Shown piece after piece: positions 1 through 14,315 of a DNA stretch of 64,000 nucleotides; position 1 is the first letter of the stretch, and each line of letters opens with the position of its first letter. Origin of the DNA: Cystobasidiomycetes sp. EMM_F5 (lineage: Eukaryota); assembly GCA_051047955.1 (NCBI GenBank), contig JBPGPT010000007.1, positions 62,001 to 126,000 on the forward strand, in the 5' to 3' direction. Position numbers and translations under genes: made by a program. The notes under the pieces were generated by a model. It ran no database searches. It was not told where the DNA came from and saw only the letters and a list, made by a program, of their open reading frames with translations.

Positions 1-1885
1 AAAGACCAGCGACCATTGGATGCTTTAGAAGGCCCCATAGCAATGGTCATGACACCCACGCGAGAGCTGGCTACGCAGATCGCCCGAGAAGTCAAGCCAT
101 TTCTAAAATCGCTCAATCTTCGCGTTACTGCCGCGTATGGAGGCTCACCTCTCAAGGACAACATTGCAGACATGAAACGTGGTGCCGAAGTCATTGTATG
201 CACACCTGGGCGAATGATTGAATTACTCATAACAAACAGCGGACGCATCATCAATTTGAGACGGATCACTTACCTAGTCCTCGACGAAGCAGACCGCATG
301 TTTGATATGGGTTTTGAGCCGCAAGTCATGAAGATTCTCGGCCAGATACGACCAGATCGCCAGACGGTGTTGTTTTCTGCTACCTTTCCGAGATCGATGG
401 AAGCCCTCGCCAAGAAAGTCCTGCGCAAGCCTCTGGAGATTACCGTCGGCGGACGCAGTGTTGTCGCAGCTGAGATCGAGCAGGTCATCGAAGTGAGGGA
501 CGAGAGCACCAAGTTCAACAGACTTCTAGAGCTCTTAGGCCGAACATACAATGATGATCCGGACACCCGGACATTAGTCTTCGTACATCGTCAAGATTCG
601 GCCGATAACCTACTACGCGATCTTTTGGGTAAGAACTACGCCTGCATGTCGTTGCACGGGGGCAAAGATCAGGTCGATAGAGATGCTGTCATCCAAGATT
701 TCAAAAAGGGCATTGTTCCCATCGTCATCGCTACTTCTGTCGCTGCCCGCGGACTCGATGTCAAACTGCTCAAGCTCGTCGTAAACTACGATTGTCCCAA
801 CCACATGGAGGACTATGTGCATCGAGCTGGTCGTACTGGTCGCGCTGGCAATAAAGGCACTTGTGTGACATTCATTACGCCCGACCAAGACAAGTATGCT
901 GTTGATCTACAAAAGGCTTTGGAAGCGTCAAATGCTCCGGTTCCTGACGACTTGAAGAAATTGGCAGACAGTGCGTTGACAACCTGCTTGAAACCTTATC
1001 GTTATGGTATGCTAAACTGTTACATTGTGTGGCCGACTAGGTTTCATCGACAAGATCAAGTCTGGCAAGGCAACCGCTGCCTCATCTGGATTTGGAGGCA
1101 AAGGGCTGGAGAAGCTTGATCAAGAGCGCAATGCGAAGGAGAAGGCACAACGTAGTGCATACGGCGAGGAAGAGACAAACAAAGAAGCTGAAGGCGAGGA
1201 TGAGGACGGCAAGACTGCTGCCGACGGCAAGACTGCTGATGGCGCATCTGCCCGTCCTGCCAACTTGCCGCCCGATATGCCCGACTTTGTTGTCGAGGTT
1301 CGAAGTGGACCAGCTCCACCTGACGGTGGTAGACGTATTCCAACCATCAAGCTCAATGATGCAAATGCTGCTGCCCTTGCTGCCGCGGAGGCTGCGGCGA
1401 AAGCTGCTGGGATTGATGCCTCGGGTATCAGTAAAGCTCAAAGCGTTATTGCCAGGCTCACAGCTAGTATCCAAGCCAAGAAGCAGCAGCAATTCGGCAG
1501 CGCTCCAGGCAACGCTGCTGGTGCTGCGGTCGATGCTGAGATGGATGCTGCACGTCGTCACGACCCGGATGCAACCGACTTTCACGCCATCGTTCCCATC
1601 AACGAACAGATTCAGAAAGCAAGGTGGAAGATCACGAATAAGGAGACTATGGCAAGACTCATTGAGGAGACGGGAGCCAGCGTCACAAACAAAGGCGTAT
1701 TCTACGATAAAGGCAAGGAACCTGGTCCAGACGATCCTCCAAAGCTTCATCTTCTCGTCGAGAGCAATTCATATCAGGCTGTCGACCATGCTGTGCGCAT
1801 GATCAAGCAGGTTCTCATCGATGCTACAATTTCGGCGCTAGAAGCAGACGCCAACCGGCCGCAGACTGGGAGATACACTGTATGA
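1..1885 (+). CDS. PRP5: Pre-mRNA-splicing DEAD-box RNA helicase (Prp5/DDX46), 5'-truncated by window edge
   Basis: PTRELA, TPGR, DEAD, SAT and [10 protein letters not shown] motifs. GT-AG intron 971-1040 joins ORF 16..1119 to ORF 1025..1885. The C-terminus ([11 protein letters not shown]...[10 protein letters not shown]...TGRYTV) is typical of Prp5. Confidence 0.9.
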
Positions 1886-2301
1886 TAACAGAACGTCCAG
1901 TTTTCTCTACAAAAATCTGCGTGCATTGGCAACCACCTGATTGTTGCGCATCATTCGCTGATTGCCTACGGAGCTCGCGCCTTACATTCCTGATTTTTGC
2001 AAGCCGCATGCTGTGTATACATCAGCCTGGGATTGACATAGACAGCGACTGTATCGAAAACAGCAATGACTCAATATAAGAACCACAAGTCTGTTCTGAC
2101 CAGGCTGATTAACAGTATCGTCAAGCAGAACGTCAGCATAGAATTCGTTATCAAAACATAATATATATGGAGGAACGATCCACTTTGCATTGCTTTGCTT
2201 TATCTACTTTCTCACTTCATCGCACTAACGTAGACATGGACATGGCACCGCGACTTTCCGTACATTCTGTATCGTGTCAAATCAAGAGAGCGATTTACGC
2301 T

Positions 2302-4574
2302 TCAAGCAGAGTAGCCTGGCAAGTCCTTGACACGGGTCGTCTGCGGATACCCAGCTTTCGGTGGGGCTGCAAAAGGCATCAGTCTGCGTCGAGCTCGTTG
2401 ACTGCGCCGTGGACCCACCAGAGAATTTGGTCTCGACAAAGGCCTTGAGGAGACCTGGCACGCGCTTGTCGAATGCGTCATACAGAATTGCCATATCTTC
2501 CATAGGAAAGCGGTGGCTGTATTGTAGAATATTAGGCAATGCTTGCTCTTACAGTAGGAGTACTTACGTCAAGATCAACTTGACATCGAACTTGCCAGTC
2601 ATAATGTAGCTAGAAGATATTGTCAGCGTTTGCGGACTACATCAGCATACAAAAGGTTCTCACTCGTGCAAGATTTCTTCCCCTTGACGTTCAATATGTC
2701 AGCATGGACCGAGTCATTTGAAAAGACCCAAGCTTACAGTATTTGTGTACTGGCGCTTGACCATTACCGATCAGTCTGATGCCGCATTCCATCAAAGCAC
2801 TACACGGCAGGCGAAAGATGTTTAGCGCGACCCTGCATTTGCATGAAACGGCCATGCTGACCCAACGTTAACCTGAAACGGGTGTGGGGGCTCCTAATCA
2901 GCTATCATTATCACAGACCGGCGAGAGATTGGTGTACCTGATTGGCAAAGCCGGCATATGCCCTGTAATTCGTTCTTGCATCAGTCACAATGTAGAGTTT
3001 GTGCAGCCATTGTCAACTTACGAGATTAGGCCGCAGCTGCCCATCTTTCTGACGGAGAGAAGCATCTCGTTGATAGCTGAGCAAAGCAGAATCAGTACGG
3101 TGCAACAAAATAGATTGTTAGTCAGACACTGACTCTCAGGAACATCAGTCTCAAGCATGAGTAACTTCTGCGCCTTGTGCAGCATGGTCTTTGGCTCGTG
3201 GAATGTTCCTGTACAGTACTAAGCATGAGCCTCGAACTCGTTTTCAAAGCAAAGACCGACTGACCGCAGTCCAGCGCGCGGTCTAAACCACCCGGTACCA
3301 GCTCCAGTATTCTCTTCGGAACATTCTTGTATTCGTTAAAATCTATAGTTTCGATACCAAGTTTCTCCCTTGCATAATCCATGCGAGCTTTCACACCATC
3401 AATGGCAATAACGCGCTTTGCACCCTTGAGCTGACACCATCGGGCAGCAGAGAGGCCAATGGGCCCAAGGCCCCAGATAGCCACAGTATCACCTTCCGTG
3501 ACTCCAGTGTCTACGACACAGTGATAGCTAAGGTAGATTGTATGAGCTGCATGCTGCCTTGCTCATTTGCATGCTCGATACTCACGATGTGGGCAGGACG
3601 TCTGACAGGTAGATTGCCTCTTCGTCCGAGACGGAATCCGGAATGGGCAAGCAGTTGACCTCCCCATATGGTACACGAACGTACTCGGCCTGACCTCCTG
3701 GAAAGCCGCCGGTGAAGTGAGAGTATCCGACTTATGAGCGACTATTAGTCACAAAAGACCTGAGCGACATAGCACAATACGGCGAACTCACAGAAACCTG
3801 CATCGCGCTTTCCATACATGGTCTGCATGAGCGATGACTGATGATAAAAAAAGGGCGTCAGGTCATAGAACAACCATCTCTGGGCCAATGTATACCTTGT
3901 TGGTGTTTTCGCAGAATGACGACAGTTTCTTCTCGCAGTATCTGCAGTGTCCGCATGCAATCTGGAAGGATACAACTACGCGCTGTCCTGGCTTGAGTTT
4001 TGTGACGTTCGGCCCGACCTTGTCTACCCTGTCATTGCAAATTGAGAATAGTCAGTTTGACCACTTCTGCGGCTACATCAGGGCTGGGACTACTACTCAC
4101 TTGCATACGAATTCATGACCGAGAATATCGCCCTTCTGTAGAGCCATAATCTCGCTGTGGTAGAGATGGAGATCTGATCCGCAGATTGTTGTGCCAGTCA
4201 CCTTGCAGATTACGTCGTCGTCTTGGGTGATCTCTGGCACTGCAGCTTCAACGACCGAGACCTTGGCGTTGCTGTAAAGCATATATGCAACCGTCAGCCG
4301 TGATCAAGACTGCCTGTCCATCGATAACCCACCCCATCCAAGCTAGGGCCTGCATTTTGGAGCCATCTTCACGGTGCTTGTAGTTTGCCTCGACTTCGCT
4401 GGGTTCGTCTCCGGAGGCTCTTTGAACGGCGCTACAATCGTCATAACGCGCATGTCAGCTCAGTCGTCAGTATCAGTAGATTCTCATCAGCCCACTTTGC
4501 TGCGGCTGTTTCCAGAACGATACAAGGCTCAGCGTCAGACCCAACCCGACATGGCATCCAAACTCACCCTGCAT
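2302..4574 (-). CDS. Zinc-dependent medium-chain (GroES-like) dehydrogenase, glutathione-independent formaldehyde dehydrogenase-like; many small exons
   Basis: Spliced reading [16 protein letters not shown]...[59 protein letters not shown]. Predicted stop after [20 protein letters not shown]. Confidence 0.85.
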
Positions 4575-4832
4575 TGCGAGTCTTTCTAATCAAGTCTTTC
4601 TTTCTGATTACTATGATTACTACTCTTTGTTGACTTCAGTTGGTCGATATTCAAACTGCTGCTGGTTGTCATCCTTCAACAAGACAGTATGCGTCATGAT
4701 CGTCGTTTGCCGATGAAGCCGGGCGGCGGTCAGGGGAGATATACCGAAAATATTCGTATGCACGGTTACGACAACAGACATGCAAAGTTATGTACACATT
4801 CAGTGTGCGAATATACAGCTCGAACGACAGAG

Positions 4833-7343
4833 TCATTGCACAACCATGAAGCCTGAAAAGAAGGTAGAGATCCCCGCAAAGTCGGACAGTCCGTACACTC
4901 CAGAGACGTGGTGATCTGGGCGGACGACGATGACGCACCCCGTCTCTTGAGATATGCCATACCCTTCGTACGCTCTGCCGTGACCATCGTGGTGTGAGGG
5001 CTCATCCGAGAAGAGTGTGTCATATGCTGAGGAAACGATTTAGTCGGAATGACTGGTGGGCACATACCCCACTCACACTGCACGCCATACGGCCGAGTCC
5101 GAGGTACGAATACCTCTGGCAGAGATTGCGCCATGTACTGCACTTCCCGATGATGCGTCGAGAAAATCGTCAGAACCTGAATAACGGCGTCCATGTCTTC
5201 CGCTTTTGGCGTGTACATCCTGATTGGCCCCTCTTTGGACGTCAGATTTTGCCCAAATTTCTGATACTTGGCCAAGGCATCCGGGGACGCGATATTGCCG
5301 GGAAACACTGGAGAGGGAATCAACGGTCAAGATTGTATTCTACTAACATTTGCAAATATTCCAAGTACCGAGTAGTCTCCAGCGGCCATCCCCAACTAGT
5401 CTTGATTGCAGCTGAACAGTGTGGGCATTGAATACTCCTACCACCTGCTGATTGACGAGGTGCTGTTTGACCGAGGAGACAGTCACATCAGCATTGATGA
5501 CTACACGTCAAATAGTGAATGTTCCTCACTGAGCCTATGACCACATTTTTGGCCAGCGGCGAAGCGCTGTCAGACGCTTCGTCAACAACCAGATTCGCTT
5601 TGTATACAACGCCCGTCCCGCTTGTAAAACGAATGGATTGCTTCCATGCCTTGTTCATCTCGTCCGCCGACGCGTCCGGCTGTGTTGCAGTCTTGGCTTT
5701 GGTTTTGAATAAGCTTGCCCACCACCGATCAAAATCGATAAGATCTTGAGCCGTTCTTTGCCTCTCAAGATGGTCTGCAGGATATCATTGAGCAGTATTC
5801 ATTTCCCCACAGTGACCTGCCATACACGTTGAGAGCAAGCTCTGCTTGGCGTAACCCCGTAGCACGCTTGCTAACTTCCAGCCGAGATTCCACGAGTCCT
5901 GTTGGCGACTTTGTCAGCTAATCTATTCAAACAAGGAGGAGTTTTTGTCAACATTACCATCATGGATACATTCATACCTTGGCCTGCTTTCGGACTGTGC
6001 GTATGCCCAGCATCTCCAGCAATGAAGACATGATCGTTGTACGCGGAGAAAGTATCACAGACCCGCTGGCCGATCTCATAGCAAGTATACCAGTCCACGT
6101 AAGGGATGTCAATCTCGAAGGGTTTCATGACGACCTTTGATTTGGCAATGAGCTTTTCCAGCGTAACGTCTGCACGGTTAATGCGTTCGCCAGGCTGCAG
6201 CGACCCCATCTCGGTGTAGACTCGTGTCAAGCCTCCCTCGCGTGGTACCATGATGACTGAGCCGTTCTCCTTTGAATGAACAGCATTCTTCATGCGAGTT
6301 GTAGGCAGCTGAGAACGATATCACAGTTTGGCCAGTGTGTATGCGACAACGCAAATCCAACACTCACATTGGTTTTGATGATAGCATCGAACGCTCCCCA
6401 GTACACGTTGGCAGAATCGCCAGCCAGGTGTAGGCCCAGTGCTCTGAAGATGGAAAGGCACTCTGTATGTCGTCCGCTTGGAGTAAGAGCTTGGACTGTG
6501 AAGACTCACTTCCGTACCCAAGAGCGTGCACCATCACATCCAACTACGTACTTGCAGTAGACAACCTCTTCTCCACTATGATCTGCATCCACGGCATTCC
6601 CATTCGTCATGGACTCGTCGACGAATAGATTTGAGCGGTAAAGACCGCTTGAAGCATCTCCATTGGCGTACTCCTTTGGAGGTGGCAGGCTCTCCAATGT
6701 CACTTTGACTGGGTAAGCGTCAGGCTTGTCGAGAAGCGATTCATCAACCTGCATGGATGTCGGGGCGGTCAGCCTTTCGACTTGAAGATTGTCTGACGTG
6801 TGCGATAGTAGTCAGCTTGGATGGAGCAGCGAAACATCACGGCGACCATACTGTATCTCTTCATGGCGTCCATGAGTATCGCTTCCACGCGGTTCTGGCC
6901 GAGATTTACATGCCTGATCCACGACAGGCCGGGCGTTGTCTTAGACGTAGAGTAACGTTAGTTTGCCATAGACCATCATCGTCACGGATCTTTGCCCACA
7001 TCGACGACGCGACTGGTTTCGACGAGGTCTCCAGAGTCTGGGTGGGGCTCGTATATTATCACTTCTGCTTGAACAGGCATTCAGCGTTGAAATCATCAAG
7101 TTATACGCTCTCCGCACCTGCGCATTCGTGCGTCTCTGCATCAAACTGCTGCTTCACTCCGAGCGCCTGGAAGACTTCGCCAGTACGGCATTGCAGCCCG
7201 TCAGCATGACCACGGAGCACTGGGTGAGCCTGTTTGTCGATGATTCGGACGTTGACGCTGAGTTTTGCGAGTTGCGTAGCCAGCAGCAGCCCAGCAGGAC
7301 CAGCCCCGACGATGAGGACGTCGACCTTGCTCGAGGACTTCAT
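4833..7343 (-). CDS. FAD-dependent phenol 2-monooxygenase (phenol hydroxylase family)
   Basis: VDVLIVGAGPAGL Rossmann motif, GHADGLQCRT, VVGCDGARSWVR, VFIAGDAGHTHSPKAGQGMNVSM, and a C-terminal thioredoxin-like GCVIVVRPDHHV. Multi-exon. Confidence 0.9.
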
Positions 7344-8013
7344 GATGAGCTGGCTGCGAATGCAATGCAAGAATGCAAAAGCACAATGCAAGAGACTCCT
7401 TTTTATTCTATGTGGCTATCCAAGTCCTCTGAACGGTGCAGCTGGGTATACCCTCAGCCGTGCGTTGATGGCCAGCGTCTCGGAGCGTCCGCGCACTGCA
7501 TCAGACGCGCCGCAACGTAATGCAAGCAATATCACATCAACAGCGGGGTGTCCGACTAGACTGCCGGAGACTGCGGGGCTGCATGCGGATGTGCCGAACT
7601 CCGACTGGAGGCGGATCGGCAGCACTTTTCTCCACTTCGAGCTGCGCCAGACCTTTGACTAATTCAGCTTTTCACGCTGGACAGCTCGCCATCGAGATGC
7701 TAACGGTGAACAGCTCGACAATTTACAAGTCTGCAGCGCAGAGCGAGGGGAACATATTACTAACTATACAATGGTAAATATGGCATGCATCGAAGCTCGA
7801 CACATGCCCACGAACACGTTGTGCGCAGCCTACTGAAGCACGTCAGACGCTTAAACTACTTGACTTTGACTCCCTATAGATAAACTGGACTTTGTCGTAC
7901 TTCTTGCTGACCTTCCCTTCGGATGACTTGACGTACTTCTCCCTGAGCTGCGCCCACTTACCCACTCCTCTGACGAACCCCTTCCTAAACTGCCCCAACT
8001 TATTCGATCCTAT

Positions 8014-9925
8014 TTACGCTGGTGAGGCGTGCCCGCTATGGACACCTTGGTACACTTGGCTCAGAGAGTATGGGCCATCACTCCCAGCACCTGGAGGCAC
8101 GAGCCCACTTTCATCTTCGACCTGCATCGCATGTAGCATTCAGCAGAAGCGGCATGGTCAAACATTCGCCTACTCCTCACCTTGCCAGACTTCTGATACA
8201 AATCGTGCAAAAATTCTTTGAGAGTGGCTCCAGACTCCGATGCTCGCACTCGCAGCCCTTCTTGCTCCGTGAGCCAGGCCGGTATTTGTGGTGTCATGAC
8301 GGGAGAAGCCTGGTTTGAGGAACGAATGCTCAGCTTTCCAAGCTCATCCAATACGCAATGAGAGAGCACGCACCATCTGCACATTGATTTGTTCAAGGCT
8401 GGAATTCCAGGTTTCTGGCTGATACTGCTCGGAAATCAGCACATTTCGATTCCACCACGTATGCAGCTGAACGACTCACCTCAAAGAACTCATCTGATGC
8501 TGTTGTAGGTGCTGATGCAAGTCCGGACGGAGCGGCGTACCAAGTTTCATCGTTGTTCATATCGAGACCGAAGGGTAATGAAGGGGGCAGGGCTGAAAAT
8601 GTCAGGGGCGGCGGTGACTGAGTTGCATACAGACTGGCTGCATCTGCTTGGTCGGGCGTATACTGAAATGTAGCAATCTGATCACTTGTCGCATGTTGCG
8701 ATGGAAACGAGAATGGCGCAGAATGCTGAGATGCATACACCGGTGTATAGGCTGATATCGGACTCATGTACTGCTGAGATGCTGTCAAAGATGGAGCGTA
8801 ATGCATCGACGTATCCAGTAATCCCACAGCAGAAGAGTTGCGTCGTGCTAAAGTTGTATGCACGGAATGCATCAGAGGTATCGGATCGGAATAAGCTCTA
8901 TTTTCGACCGAGGGGCGCCGTAGCTGTTGGGCAGCATAGGCTCTGGCGGGAAATTGATACTAAGAAGCCATACTTGCAGAAGAGTACCCGGAGCTTGCGG
9001 TACTGTATGCCTGAACGTTGGCCGGCTGACCCGGAGGGGCATGTAAAAGGAAAGAAGGCTGGTCCGCAGCTACGCCTCCTTCAGTTTGGGCTTGGTCCCT
9101 AATAGGGACAGATGGAGCACTGCTCTGCTTCAAAGCGGCCTTGGCACCTCGGCTCTTCCCCGTCCCTGCAGCTTTCGCATTCTTGGCCACCAGACCCTCT
9201 CGCGGTGGACGTCGAGCAAACTTCCAGTCTGCAAAATCCATCCGCGTCAAGGAATCGTCCATCAGACATCTTTGCGCATCATTACGGCCTACCTGGATAT
9301 TTCTGCGCGTGCAGCTCCCTTGCAGCTTCCGCCGCCCCCTCATACTTGAGCTTGACAGCCTCAGTCTCATTTCGCCACTGTTCGCCAAAGATTTTAGAGA
9401 GGTCGGCTTGGGTAGGTCTAGCTGCTCCCTCTGGCATCTTGGCACGGAGCTGTACTATCTGGTCTGAACGATACAGAATCCATGCGTTGGGCGGTCGAGG
9501 AACCTTGACTGGAGCGACCTGTGCAGCCTCATTTGGCGAAGTGTCCCGGGCTGCTCGTCCACTCGACGGTGGTCTGAGACTGGTATCGCTGTGAGTCTGT
9601 TGACTGTATATGCTGCCATTTGTACTGCCACTATCGTGATACCGAAGCTCCAGGGTATGGGACGGAGGTGACAACCAGGCTCCGCTATTGTGGTCGTTCC
9701 CATGCAGCATATTTGCGCCATGGAGGTAATTTAGTTGTGGAAAGGTATAAACATCTTGCGAAGTTCCGACTGGGTGTTCTTGCAAGCTTTCAATTGATGC
9801 CAGGGATCCATCGGCCTGACCAGCTCCTTCCAACTCGTTCTGCGTCCATTGCTGTGGCAGAGGGACAGTGTCACATATCAGCGTACAGAAAAGATCTCCA
9901 GCCTTATCGACTCGCTGACCTGCAT
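8014..9925 (-). CDS. HMG-box transcription factor (SOX/MATA/Rox1-type box)
   Basis: KVPRPPNAWILYRS...QADLSKIFGEQWRNE...HAQKYP(intron)DWKFARR, flanked by S/P/Q-rich low-complexity sequence. First and last exons are inferred from splice signals, so the ends are tentative. Confidence 0.8.
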
Positions 9926-11428
9926 ACCAACGTCAACCCCGAGGTTCACGTTGCTGCTGCCTCGATCCGCCACCCGGCTACCTCTCTGCCGCGTGTCCCC
10001 CGCTCCAAAGATAAGATGGCCAAAAGAACAAGTAGCTGTGGCAGAAAGGAACAGCTGTCGTATTTGTCAAAAGCTGACAGGCAAGACGATCAAAGCTGGA
10101 GTGCAGATCCTGGATAACTCATTGAGGCAGCGGGCCCAACAGGATGAACATTAAGGGCGTTTGCTCTGCACGTCCATGCCTGTGGCGGATTGCCTTGGCT
10201 CATCTGCCGGAACCGAGAACTCTTTAAAGTATCGGCCACGACGGCCCTCACGAAACGAGTACTGCATTCACGCTTCGGGGTCCCTGGTTGGAAAGTGATA
10301 TGCACCGAGACAAGCGCAATACCGGCTTCTTTACTCTAATGAGATGGCATCTGTGTTCTCGGTGCGGTAACGATGCGTACCATTGCGATACGATGTACAG
10401 CTGTAGCTCTGTATCTCATACGTGCAAGCTGCAGCTGGCCGTTTAACGCCTTGCTGAGCCCAGCACTGCACGTATGTATACTCTGCAAGCTACTCAAGGC
10501 GAGCTTGTACCATAAGTTAGAGAAGACTGCTTCCGGGCGACTTCGGGAAGCCTGCCAAATTTCAAAAGTGCTACAGTAATTCATTCAGTTATTGGGCGGA
10601 CGGGAGGTGGATCTCGGGCGTGATACACAGCAGGCATGCGGTCTAAGGAGTCTCAGGAATCCATACATCAAATTGACTTTGTATGCGACCCGCCGATCAG
10701 TTTGGCGATCTTTTAGCTTCCAGCATTTTCAGCATTGTTGGTCATCAACGCGTCTCTAGTGTGATGTTGGTACTGTACTGGCAATGGCGCGACTTTAACG
10801 AGTCCCGCCTGCCTTGCCTGGCTGGGCAAGACGCCATACCTGCGAGGGTGCAGGATGTACTGTACTGCACGCTGCGGCGTAGGATACTGTACTGCTTTCG
10901 TTAGATTAGCGGTAGTAGGAGCGGTCAAAGTCATGTGTTTGCATGAGAGCGCAGCGCTCTCCCTGCTCGACATGCGGCAGTACTTGCGTGTCAGAGACAG
11001 TGCACAGATTACTTGCAGTGTGTTTATTGTTCTAGCTGGTTGCGAGATTGGAGGACGGTGTGGAAGACGCTGTGCGTATAGTAATTTGCCCATCAAGCGG
11101 CACGGCGCAAAGTCAGTCGTGGCCTAATTTGCTCGTCAGCTTGTACATCTATCCATCAGTAAATGCAAATCCGAGCGTGTTTTGTGCTCTCCGAGCAAAC
11201 ATGCGTATGACCCTCGAGCAGTCAGCAGTCAGCAGTCAGCCTGTATTAGTGTACGGACCCCGCGACACGCCTCAGTGAGAGCAGGTCATCGTTAGCATCA
11301 GTCGCAAGTAATGGAAGCGCGTAACCTCATTCGAGTCCACTTTCGATATCCTTCCATATCGTCACCATCCCCGTCATTGAGCACCACCCAACCGAGTGCA
11401 CCACCCAGCCTCACCACCGCCAGCAGCA

Positions 11429-14072
11429 ATGTCGTCCTACTTGAAGCTTCAGAAGAAGCACCCCGAGCTGCAGCAGCAAGAGTTGGTGAGCAGCCAGGCT
11501 GGGAATGGTCGCAGATTGACTGAAACTGACGTCGGAAACCTCGAAAACCAATACAAAATGGGCACTTCAAGATGGGACTCATATCGTCCTTCAAGTGGGG
11601 CCAGGCTGACCATGGCTTGCAATGAAAGACCGCGCTGACTTCCTCGCCGTCCCGCTTCCCGCTTTCGCTGGGCAGTGCTCTCGACGTCAACGGCAAGGAA
11701 TCCGTAGACCGCCAGGAAGTCGCAAAGGCTCTCGCTAGTCAAGGCGTGGGCACGTACGACGACGTCCGCGAGACGCTCAAGGAAGTCCAGGTTGATGCGA
11801 CGTGGGTTCATCGCCGAGCAGTTCCAGAGCGGGGCAGATTGGGTATTCTGATACTGACTCGCGCGATACAGTGGACGAGTAGCGCTCGACGACTATGTAG
11901 ACTTGGTGTCCAAGCTCAAAGCCAAGCAGGGCGGTGGTGCAGCGGCGCGAACCGGCCCACAACTGCCAGGTAGACCCGGCGCAAGCACCCAGAAGCGTGC
12001 TGTATTGGGTGGTGCGACAGCCACTTCGTCACATACAATTGATCAGGAAGAGTGAGTCGCATATCGCATGTTCTCGTGGCGCCACGGCAGCTTACCGCTC
12101 CTTGGGGCAATCCATGTAGAAAGAGCGAGTTTACACGGCATATCAATGGTGTATGTCCAGCAAATCGCAACAAACAGTTCCACCACTAATATGCACGTAT
12201 TCACGTCGCCTTGAACAGGTACTTGCCGGCGACCCGGATATTGGCAACAGGCTTCCCATTCCACCAGAAACAATGCAACTCTTCGACGAGACTCGAGGTG
12301 CGCATCCTGCGTTTCAATGCTAAATCATTGTGCTAATAGACATCCAGACGGTCTCATTCTTTCCAAGCTCATTAACGACTCTGTGCCCGACACTATAGAC
12401 GAGCGAGTTTTGAATAAGGGTACAGGGCAAACACACCGACGCATCCCATCCCAAAGTGGAGGACCGCAAACATCGTCTGGCCCAAAAGCGCTCAATAATT
12501 TTCAAATGACCGAAAACAACAACATCGTCATATCTTCGGCAAAGGCTATCGGGTGTAGCGTCGTCAATATCGGATCTACTGATCTCATAGAAGGCAAAGA
12601 GCATCTCGTTCTCGGTCTGATCTGGCAAATCATCAGACGCGGTCTGTTGAGCAAGATTGACATCAAGTTGCACCCGGAACTATACCGCTTGCTGGAGGAT
12701 GGGGAATCGCTCGAGCAGTTCCTCCGCTTACCTCCTGACCAGATTCTGCTGCGGTGGTTTAATTATCATCTCAAGGCAGCCAACTGGCCTAAACGGTAAG
12801 CGAGTAGTGGTTGATCGATGTAAGGCAGTGAGGTGACAGTCGTTCTGGTATCAGAGTACACAACTTCTCAAAGGATGTCAGCGACGGTGAAAATTACACG
12901 GTTCTTCTAAATCAACTAAAGCCAGATCAATGCTCCCGAGCCCCTCTGCAGACGGGCGATCTTGACCGACGAGCCGAGGAAGTGCGTATTGTCGATCTGT
13001 GTTTCACCAACTGCTACTAAGCCATCGAGCCTACAGGTGCTCAATAATGCCGACAAGATTGGCTGCCGCAAATACTTGACAGCAAAGTCCCTGGTAGCCG
13101 GCAATCCGAAGCTCAATCTGGCGTTCGTTGCCAACCTCTTCAATACCTGGCCGGGACTGGAGGTGCGTAGTATCGGCGAGAATGCAGCGAATCAATCAAC
13201 TGAGCTGTTTTTGCGACGCAGCCGCTTGAAGAAGCTGAAAGACCACAGATCGATGACTTCGATGCCGAGGGCGAGCGCGAGGCGCGAGTTTTTACTTTAT
13301 GGCTCAACTCTCTTGACGTCGACCCTGCTGTAAACAATCTATTCGACGATCTACGGGATGGCGTTGTCATTCTGCAGGCTTTCGATAAGATTGTACCAGG
13401 ATCAGTTGTCTGGCGCCGTGTATCGAAACCGAAGCTAGTGCAGCAGCCAGTCGAGCTAGCGGAAGGAGAAGAGGCGAAACCACCCCTTTCGCGGTTCAAG
13501 ATGGTCGAAAATACAAATTATGCTATTGAGCTTGCCAAAAGCAATCGGATGCATATTGTGGCTATGCAGGGCGCTGATATCGTCGATGGCTCCAAGACAC
13601 TCACTCTGGGACTCGTGTGGCAACTGATGAGGATGAACATCATCAAGACGCTAGCTTCGCTTAACAAGGGCGGCAGGGAGGTAACAGACAATGACATTGT
13701 CAAGTGGGCGAATGACACCGTCAAGAAGGGTGGCAAGAGTTCGACGATGCGAAGCTTCAAGGATCCCAGTCTAAAGAATGCCGTCTTCTTCCTGGATCTT
13801 TTGGACTCGATGAAGCCTGGCTATGTCGATTACTCGCTCGTATACCCCGGCAAAGATACAGAAGAGTGCCGTTTGAACGGTGAGTGCAGTAGACTCATCC
13901 TTTACACGTGTTGACTGAAGTGCGTGTCTATTCTACACTTGCAGCCAAACTCGCTATTTCCATCGCCCGTAAACTCGGCACGGTCATTTTCCTCGTTCCC
14001 GAGGATATCGTCGACTTGCGAGCCAAGCTCATCTTGACGTTTGTCGGCAGTCTGATGGCATTGCAGGTGTAG
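11429..14072 (+). CDS. SAC6: Fimbrin (actin-bundling protein with EF-hand and 4 CH domains)
   Basis: [92 protein letters not shown]. Confidence 0.95.
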
Positions 14073-14315
14073 AGTTGAGCGTAGATGCGCAAAAGTGCCG
14101 GTTCAAGTTGGACATGAAACTTGGATATAGAATGACGCAACTGACTCTGCGACGAAGCGCATAGAGATGCTCACACCGTGTAATGCAGACGTATACAATG
14201 AAATAATCAAATGAATCAAAAGCTAGAATGACTGGCCATGATATTATATTTGATTACTCCACCAACGTGCGTCCCACTTGCTCCCTCTTCTCCCGACAAC
14301 CCGGCGCATACATGA

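Noticed and set aside
7520..7630. Cluster of CGG/CCG triplets upstream of the phenol monooxygenase (possible Zn2Cys6 sites)
   Set aside because: There is no consistent spacing, and the triplets are too common at this GC content to support a call.
1..9925. HMG-box gene near an RNA helicase as a possible mating-type (sex) locus
   Set aside because: The helicase is Prp5 and is separated by two metabolic genes. Basidiomycete MAT loci use homeodomain and pheromone/receptor genes, and I saw none of these, nor a CAAX pheromone ORF.
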